NCBI GenBank assembly: GCA_038227875.1
Contig: JBBRPR010000047.1
Coordinates: forward strand, 1-64,000
Source: Planctomycetota bacterium
GTDB lineage: Bacteria > Planctomycetota > SZUA-567 > H5-PLA8
Length of the DNA: 64,000 bases
Reading direction: 5' to 3'
The position numbers were made by a program, and so were the translations under genes. Below, in pieces: positions 58,502-64,000 of the stretch. Under the pieces are notes generated by a model. It was given only the letters and a program-made list of their open reading frames with translations. It had not been told where the DNA came from and ran no database searches. How positions within the stretch are numbered: position 1 is the stretch's first letter; each line of letters starts with the position of its first letter.

Positions 58502-59995
58502 TCAGTGTCGCCGCCGCTTGCCCAGATACGCCTCCAAACATAAGCATGCCATCGCCGTCTGCCCTGCGCGGCCGAGGTGTGTCGCCTGTGGACCAACGGC
58601 CGGCCAGCTTCCGTTGTCATCGCCGGCCATGCATTGATTCGATAGCAGGGCTTGCACGAGTGGCGCGCGATAGGTTCGATAAAGATCGCCGCCGGCCTTT
58701 GCTACTCTCAAGTTTCCATCTAACCATTGCGGTAAATCCACGGAGGCGCCATTTTCATTCCAGCGTGGAAAGCCCTGGGCATTAATGAAGTCACGCGCGA
58801 GTGTACAGTAGGTGGAATTTGGGTCGATGTTGTAGAGCCGGTTCAGATCTTGAAGCGTAGATCTAAAGGGGATGCTGTAAACGCCGCCGCAACTAAATAT
58901 ACGCGGAAAAGGGCTTCGTTCAGGGCGATGGAGTAAAGCACCAGGTCGCAACGTTTCCGTGCTTGTAAATGCTCCAAAAATATCCTCCACCGCGTCGGGC
59001 TCCACTTTCAGGTGTAGAGACAGAGCGCTCTTGAGGGCGAGGGTAAACCACGGCTCGTTGTTTCGTTCGCCCGCTGGCGACTCGCGATGGAGGTATGCCG
59101 AATAGCGAATCGCCTCCTGAGTCGATTCTCGAAGAAATGGCCGATCGTCGAAATACGCAGTTTCACACAGTGCCAACGTCGCGAGATAGTTGGCACGGCG
59201 AAAAGAAGTCGCAGTACTTGTATGCGAGGGGTCGCGAAATCCCGCGTCATTGCTTTGATGTTTCAGCAGCCAGGCAACGCCATTGCGGACGTTGTCTTTG
59301 TATTGGCCGACGCGATTGTTGTGCCCCCGGTACAAGAAGGCGAGAATCGCGAGCGAGGCATTCTCGACTGAATTTCCGGTGACATCGTCCGGCGCAGCCC
59401 AGTGGCCGTCGCTCTCCTGATGGTACGCAAGCCATTTGAGTGCCTCATCAACGCGAGAGTTCTCCGTTCTCGCTTCCAGCGGGGTCCCATAGGCCGTCTC
59501 GGCCGTCTCGACATTCTCTTCAAGTCCCAATTTGCCACCAGATCCGCGAAGTTGATTTCCTACCAAATAATTTCCATATCCGCTGATTGCGATAACCCGA
59601 TCCACATGCGTAAGACTCCAATCATCGCGACCGAATTTGCCGAACGATGAATTATCGTCAGCAATTTCCGGCCTTTGATCGTTGGAAAGCAGCGCATCCG
59701 CGGCTGTATTTCGAAGCACCAGATGGGCTGGTTCGTCGATGATCTTTCGGTCAACAATGCTCGCTGCCACTACCATCGGCGGTTTGAGCGCGGGTGATTC
59801 CACGCGGGGACTCTCCTCCATCCACACTGTCGGCCCTTCCTCCGCCTGCCGATTCACCGAAAATGCAATGAACGCCGAGCTGCCAACCAACCCAAGATGA
59901 ATGAGCAGCGAAAGCGTCCAGTACCGATGCGGTCGTTCCGAAACGCGGAGCTGCAAACGCGAAGTCGGTGGGGCGGGGCAGGGGAGCGCGCGCAT
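58502..59995 (-). CDS. Membrane-anchored prenyltransferase/squalene-oxidase-repeat protein (divergent paralog)
   Basis: SLLIH TM motif; ALKWLAYHQESDGHW; GDDNGSWP; GRAGQTAMACLCLE. Confidence 0.8.
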   Translation of the reverse strand: MRALPCPAPPTSRLQLRVSERPHRYWTLSLLIHLGLVGSSAFIAFSVNRQAEEGPTVWMEESPRVESPALKPPMVVAASIVDRKIIDEPAHLVLRNTAADALLSNDQRPEIADDNSSFGKFGRDDWSLTHVDRVIAISGYGNYLVGNQLRGSGGKLGLEENVETAETAYGTPLEARTENSRVDEALKWLAYHQESDGHWAAPDDVTGNSVENASLAILAFLYRGHNNRVGQYKDNVRNGVAWLLKHQSNDAGFRDPSHTSTATSFRRANYLATLALCETAYFDDRPFLRESTQEAIRYSAYLHRESPAGERNNEPWFTLALKSALSLHLKVEPDAVEDIFGAFTSTETLRPGALLHRPERSPFPRIFSCGGVYSIPFRSTLQDLNRLYNIDPNSTYCTLARDFINAQGFPRWNENGASVDLPQWLDGNLRVAKAGGDLYRTYRAPLVQALLSNQCMAGDDNGSWPAVGPQATHLGRAGQTAMACLCLEAYLGKRRRH

Positions 59996-61660
59996 TTACT
60001 TCACCTGCTCATAGCGGTAGTAAACTTCCAGGCACATGCACGCCAGCGCCGTCTGGCCCACGCGGCCCCACTCGTCGGAGTACGGGCCGACGACCGGCCA
60101 GCTTCCCGCATCGTCGCCGCTGGAAATCTGGCTGCCATCGAGCGCGCGCACCATTCCTTCGTTCCAGCGCTGCCAGACGTCGCCGCCTATCTGAAACGTG
60201 ACCAGCGAACCGTAGTACCAATAGTAGAGATCCGTTTTCTGCTCGGACCATTCTGGCACGCCGCCGCGGGCGACAAAGGCTTCGACGCTGGCGCGCTGGG
60301 CTTCCTTCGGTGCGCCAAGAAAAATCCGCGCGAGCGTGCCGATCGCCGTCAGCCGGTGAGAACTTTCCGCGTGCTCGTCGTGCTCGCGGTAGATGTAAGA
60401 AAACGCGTCGGCATTTGTGCCGTCCTGAACTTCCACGCTGTCCAGAAAATTGCGCGCCCCTTCCAGCGCCGTCGTGGGAACGTGAAGCTTGGCCATTTTG
60501 GCCGACTTCAGCGCCATCACGTACCAGCCCGTCACCGACGTATCGCCCGCCTGTCCGGCGGCGTAGCGCCAGCCGAGCTTCTCCGACCCGGTTCCCGACT
60601 GATGCGCGGCACAATAGTCGACGGCCCGTTGCGCGGAAGCCTTGGTCTCCGGGATCTCCGCCATGCCGGCCGCTTCCGCCAGCGCGAGCGTCGCCATCGC
60701 CATCGGGTAGCCGATGCCGCGGTGATTGCCCGCGTCGGTCGGATCGAAGATCAACCCGTTGGATTGCTGCTGACTCTTCAGCCAACGAACCGCGCGGCGC
60801 ACATTCCCTTGGTACTCGCCCGCCTTCTCCGAATTCCCCGCGCCAAGCAACGCCAGCAACGCGAGGCTTGTCACCGCCGTATCCGTCTTCCGAAATGCGC
60901 CGAACTTCTGCGTGTTCCAGTGGCCATCGCGTTCCTGGTGGAGAGCCAGCCATTCGAGGCCGTAGGTAGTTCGATCGTTTAGATAGCTGACACCGCCGCA
61001 TCCGGATTTTGCAATTAGGCGATTGCGCAGTCCTCCGCTACGGCTGCCAAATGCGCCCAACCCGTTTCCGGTATCAGAGCCCATGCCAAGACCGTTGCCG
61101 CCCCCCCAACCCCAACCCGTGCCGGCGGTCGCCTGGCCACCCAGGCCCACAAGGTTCTCCATCGTCTGGCCATAGTTGCCGCCACCGCCAACTTCCGACT
61201 CCGATGTTGTTGTGATGTCGAATAAACTGTGCGCGTCGGGGTCGCCGAATGCGTCGACAATAGAATTGTCAATGCCAGGCACAGACTTGAATTCATCTAA
61301 CGAATTCAGTTCGTCACTGAGCTTTTCTTCGTAGTCGCATAAATCTGTCACATTGGGCCCGCGACCCATACTGCCGCGTTCGCTGATTGGCATGGACTCT
61401 GGAGGTTCCGGACGAGGTAAGAAGCAGTCGCAACACATGACTACCCCATCGTCATTTTGTGGTAGTTCAATCGCCATGGAGACCAATCCCGCCAGCATGA
61501 TCGCCAGCACATGCAGCGCGACCGACACGCCCCACCACGGAAGTTTGAATAGGGCTGAATGAATTAACGGCCGGGAGCTCTCGGGTGGCAGCTCCGCGGC
61601 CGGCGTCGGGTGCGATAGCACGGCCTGCGCAGTGGTTTCCATAATCGTTCCCTTCGGCAT
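59996..61660 (-). CDS. Membrane-anchored prenyltransferase/squalene-oxidase-repeat protein
   Basis: PWWGVSVALH; Gly-rich linker; LEWLALHQERDGHW; GDTSVTGW; YYWYYG; LEVYYRY. Confidence 0.88.
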   Translation of the reverse strand: MPKGTIMETTAQAVLSHPTPAAELPPESSRPLIHSALFKLPWWGVSVALHVLAIMLAGLVSMAIELPQNDDGVVMCCDCFLPRPEPPESMPISERGSMGRGPNVTDLCDYEEKLSDELNSLDEFKSVPGIDNSIVDAFGDPDAHSLFDITTTSESEVGGGGNYGQTMENLVGLGGQATAGTGWGWGGGNGLGMGSDTGNGLGAFGSRSGGLRNRLIAKSGCGGVSYLNDRTTYGLEWLALHQERDGHWNTQKFGAFRKTDTAVTSLALLALLGAGNSEKAGEYQGNVRRAVRWLKSQQQSNGLIFDPTDAGNHRGIGYPMAMATLALAEAAGMAEIPETKASAQRAVDYCAAHQSGTGSEKLGWRYAAGQAGDTSVTGWYVMALKSAKMAKLHVPTTALEGARNFLDSVEVQDGTNADAFSYIYREHDEHAESSHRLTAIGTLARIFLGAPKEAQRASVEAFVARGGVPEWSEQKTDLYYWYYGSLVTFQIGGDVWQRWNEGMVRALDGSQISSGDDAGSWPVVGPYSDEWGRVGQTALACMCLEVYYRYEQVK

Positions 61661-61777
61661 AGTTGCGGCGGGATTGCTCGTTGTGTTGTCTGGATAACGA
61701 GCGGAGTGCGGAAAGTTTTCAATAAATTCAGCCGTGAAAATAGGAACGAGTGCGTAGCACGAACATACTAGAGAGTG

Positions 61778-62410
61778 TTACTCGCGCGGTTTGAGAGCGT
61801 GGAAGAGTGATCGGAGTCGCTCGCAAACTACTGAGGCAGCCTCTTTGTAAAACGATCTCGCACTGAGTCGCCTTTCGAATCCCATGGAATTGCCTCTCGC
61901 ATACAGTCCTCCCGAATCCGTGATCGCCTCAAACCCAGCGAGTGGCGGAAAGGGATCGGTCAGAGTCGGTTGTATATAAAAAAAATGGGCTTCACCTCTA
62001 TTATAGGAATTACGGCTAACGGGCACTTCGGCCCAATCCGGGAAGTCTCGTCTCTCAAGCAAGTAGCGCTCAACGGTTAACTGCATGGGCTCATTATCCT
62101 GGGGAAGTAGAGTGTCCACAGGCAACGGATGTGACATGAAGTATGAGTTGTAAAGATCCGTCGTCTCCCGCGCTCCCGGATCTCGAATCATCTCCACATC
62201 CTTGGTGTTTTGATCAGGATCTTCCGTCAACGCCGTCGCAATCCCGATCACGGCGATCACGAAGACATGAATCATGATCGACCACAAGCACCACGGCGTC
62301 TTGCTGGTCACTGCATGCAGAAACGGCTCCCGCTCATCCGCCACTTCGTCGCGAGGTTCCGTCAACTGCGGCAAGTCGATATCGTCGTCCAGCTCGGTCA
62401 TTCGCGCCAT
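61778..62410 (-). CDS. Truncated paralog: N-terminal anchor only, no repeat domain
   Basis: PWCLWSIMIHV TM motif shared with neighbours; low-GC unrelated remainder. Confidence 0.55.
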   Translation of the reverse strand: MARMTELDDDIDLPQLTEPRDEVADEREPFLHAVTSKTPWCLWSIMIHVFVIAVIGIATALTEDPDQNTKDVEMIRDPGARETTDLYNSYFMSHPLPVDTLLPQDNEPMQLTVERYLLERRDFPDWAEVPVSRNSYNRGEAHFFYIQPTLTDPFPPLAGFEAITDSGGLYARGNSMGFERRLSARSFYKEAASVVCERLRSLFHALKPRE

Positions 62411-62547
62411 CCCTCTACAAATAGCGCGGCCGGACTTCCATGAAGCCCGGCCGCGAAATATTTTCTTTCATATGCGTGTGGTCTTGATACGAACCCCAGT
62501 CTTCCGCGTGCGTTTATGAATTTTTACTTTTGAATTTTGAATTCGAC

Positions 62548-64000
62548 TCAGTTCTTCATCTGCTCCATCTGCTTGTAGCGGTAGTACACTTCCAGCGAGA
62601 GGCAGCCCAACGCCGTCTGGCCCACGCGGCCCCATTCGCCGGAGAACTCGCCGACCACCGGCCAGCTGCCGGCATCGTCGCCCTGCTTGCACTGATTTTC
62701 CGTCAGCGCCTTCATCATCCCGACGTTCCAGCGCTTCCACACGTCTCCGCCAACCTGGAACGTGCACAGCGAACCGTAGTACCAGTAGTACATGTCGACC
62801 AATTCGCCGTTCGCGCCCCAGGACGGCACGCCGCCCTTGTTCACGAACCATTCGACGCTGCTCTGGACCTGCTCCTTCTGCGCGCCCATGAAGATCTGAA
62901 TCAGATTGCCGATCGCGGTGAGGCGGTGCGACGAACTCGCGTGCTCGTTTCCGGGCTGATAGCCGTAGTGGACCGCCGGGCCGTAGCTGGTGTCGCCGCC
63001 TTCGTTGTTGAACTGAACCGTTTTCAGGAATTTCAATGCCCCTTCGAAGGCACCGATGTCGACGTGCAGGTTGGCGATCTTCGCCGACTTCAGCGCCATC
63101 ACGAACCAGCCGGTGACGGAGGTGTCGCCAGCCTGCTTGGCGTTGTAGCGCCAGCCGAGTTTGTCGGAGCCTTCGCCGCACTGGTGTTCGACGCAGTAGT
63201 CGATCGCCTTCTGAGCGGCGGCACGTGTTTCGGGAAGATTGCCCATGCCGGCGGCTTCAACCAGCGCGAGCGTGGCGATGGCGCCGGGGTAGCCGATGCC
63301 GCGGTGCGCGCCGGCGTCGGTCTGATCGAAGATCAAGCCGTTGGCCTGCTGCTTCGATTTCAACCAGCCGACCGCGTTCTTGACGACCTTCGCGTACTGG
63401 CCGGAACGTTCGGTGTGGCCCGAGCCAAGGAATGCGAGCAGCGCCATGCCGGTCATCGCGGTGTCGGTTTTCTGGCCGGAGCCGTACTTGATTGTGTCCC
63501 AGTGACCGTCCGGTTCCTGGTGATACGCCAGCCAGCGCAGCGCTGCTTCGGAGGAAATGATCGTCGCCTTTGTTCCACAGCCGCGCTTGACGATGAACTC
63601 GCGCCCGCCGCCGCCCGGCGTGCCGCGCGAGGCAAAGCCCGGACCTGTATCCGTACCGATGCCCGTGCCGTGTCCGCCGCCGAATCCGCCACCGTCGCCA
63701 GGGCTGCCAGCCGCGCCGACGCCGATGGACATGTCTTCCATCGAGGGGCCACCCGTCCCGCCGCCACCGGCTGCGCCATCATGGCCGCGCATGTCGTAGA
63801 TGATGTGCGCGTCTTCCGAACCGAACGCGCTGTGTGTGTTGGGCTTGTCAAGATTGATGGTTTCGTCGTGGTCGCCGAGCTTCGCCAGCTTTAGCATTTC
63901 ATCCGTTACTGTACGTTCTGAAGGATCCAGAGACGTCGGATCCGTGCCTTTGAAATCGCGCGGTCCCTCCAGCGCTTTGGTCGTGTCTTCCGGCTGCTTC
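62548..64000 (-). CDS. Prenyltransferase/squalene-oxidase-repeat protein (5' end outside the window)
   Basis: Frame open to the window edge; ALRWLAYHQEPDGHW; GDTSVTGW; GDDAGSW; LEVYYRY. Confidence 0.88.
   Translation of the reverse strand, partial: KQPEDTTKALEGPRDFKGTDPTSLDPSERTVTDEMLKLAKLGDHDETINLDKPNTHSAFGSEDAHIIYDMRGHDGAAGGGGTGGPSMEDMSIGVGAAGSPGDGGGFGGGHGTGIGTDTGPGFASRGTPGGGGREFIVKRGCGTKATIISSEAALRWLAYHQEPDGHWDTIKYGSGQKTDTAMTGMALLAFLGSGHTERSGQYAKVVKNAVGWLKSKQQANGLIFDQTDAGAHRGIGYPGAIATLALVEAAGMGNLPETRAAAQKAIDYCVEHQCGEGSDKLGWRYNAKQAGDTSVTGWFVMALKSAKIANLHVDIGAFEGALKFLKTVQFNNEGGDTSYGPAVHYGYQPGNEHASSSHRLTAIGNLIQIFMGAQKEQVQSSVEWFVNKGGVPSWGANGELVDMYYWYYGSLCTFQVGGDVWKRWNVGMMKALTENQCKQGDDAGSWPVVGEFSGEWGRVGQTALGCLSLEVYYRYKQMEQMKN

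Noticed and set aside
58502..64000. Squalene-hopene cyclase call for the QW-repeat proteins
   Set aside because: No DxDD motif; single repeat domain with N-terminal anchor and Gly-rich linker

Overview
GC-rich bacterial chromosome segment, most likely from a Planctomycetota/PVC organism. This placement is inferred from rpsL-rpsG-fusA-rpsJ without tuf, DUF4159 and prenyltransferase-repeat exported proteins, and ECF sigma factors with long extensions. It holds about 50 CDS: housekeeping genes (rluA/D, dxr, rseP, pcm, rpsL, rpsG, fusA, rpsJ), isoprenoid/hopanoid genes (dxr, squalene synthase, hpnB), a sulfatase/creatininase/BKACE catabolic cluster, two ECF sigma modules, two tandem paralog arrays, and an AraR-type regulated locus with two secreted transglutaminase-fold proteins and a GH42-like enzyme. 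The most striking observation is an isolated ftsQ-ftsA operon followed by an intact 224-aa ORF that aligns by eye with the FtsZ GTPase domain but lacks the GTP-binding signature and the C-terminal domain, suggesting a vestigial or repurposed FtsZ. Four intergenic regions are long hairpins built from inverted heptamer tandem repeats, with a different heptamer at each site. No rRNA, tRNA, CRISPR, integrase or transposase was recognised. All family calls come from motif recognition by eye, not from database searches.
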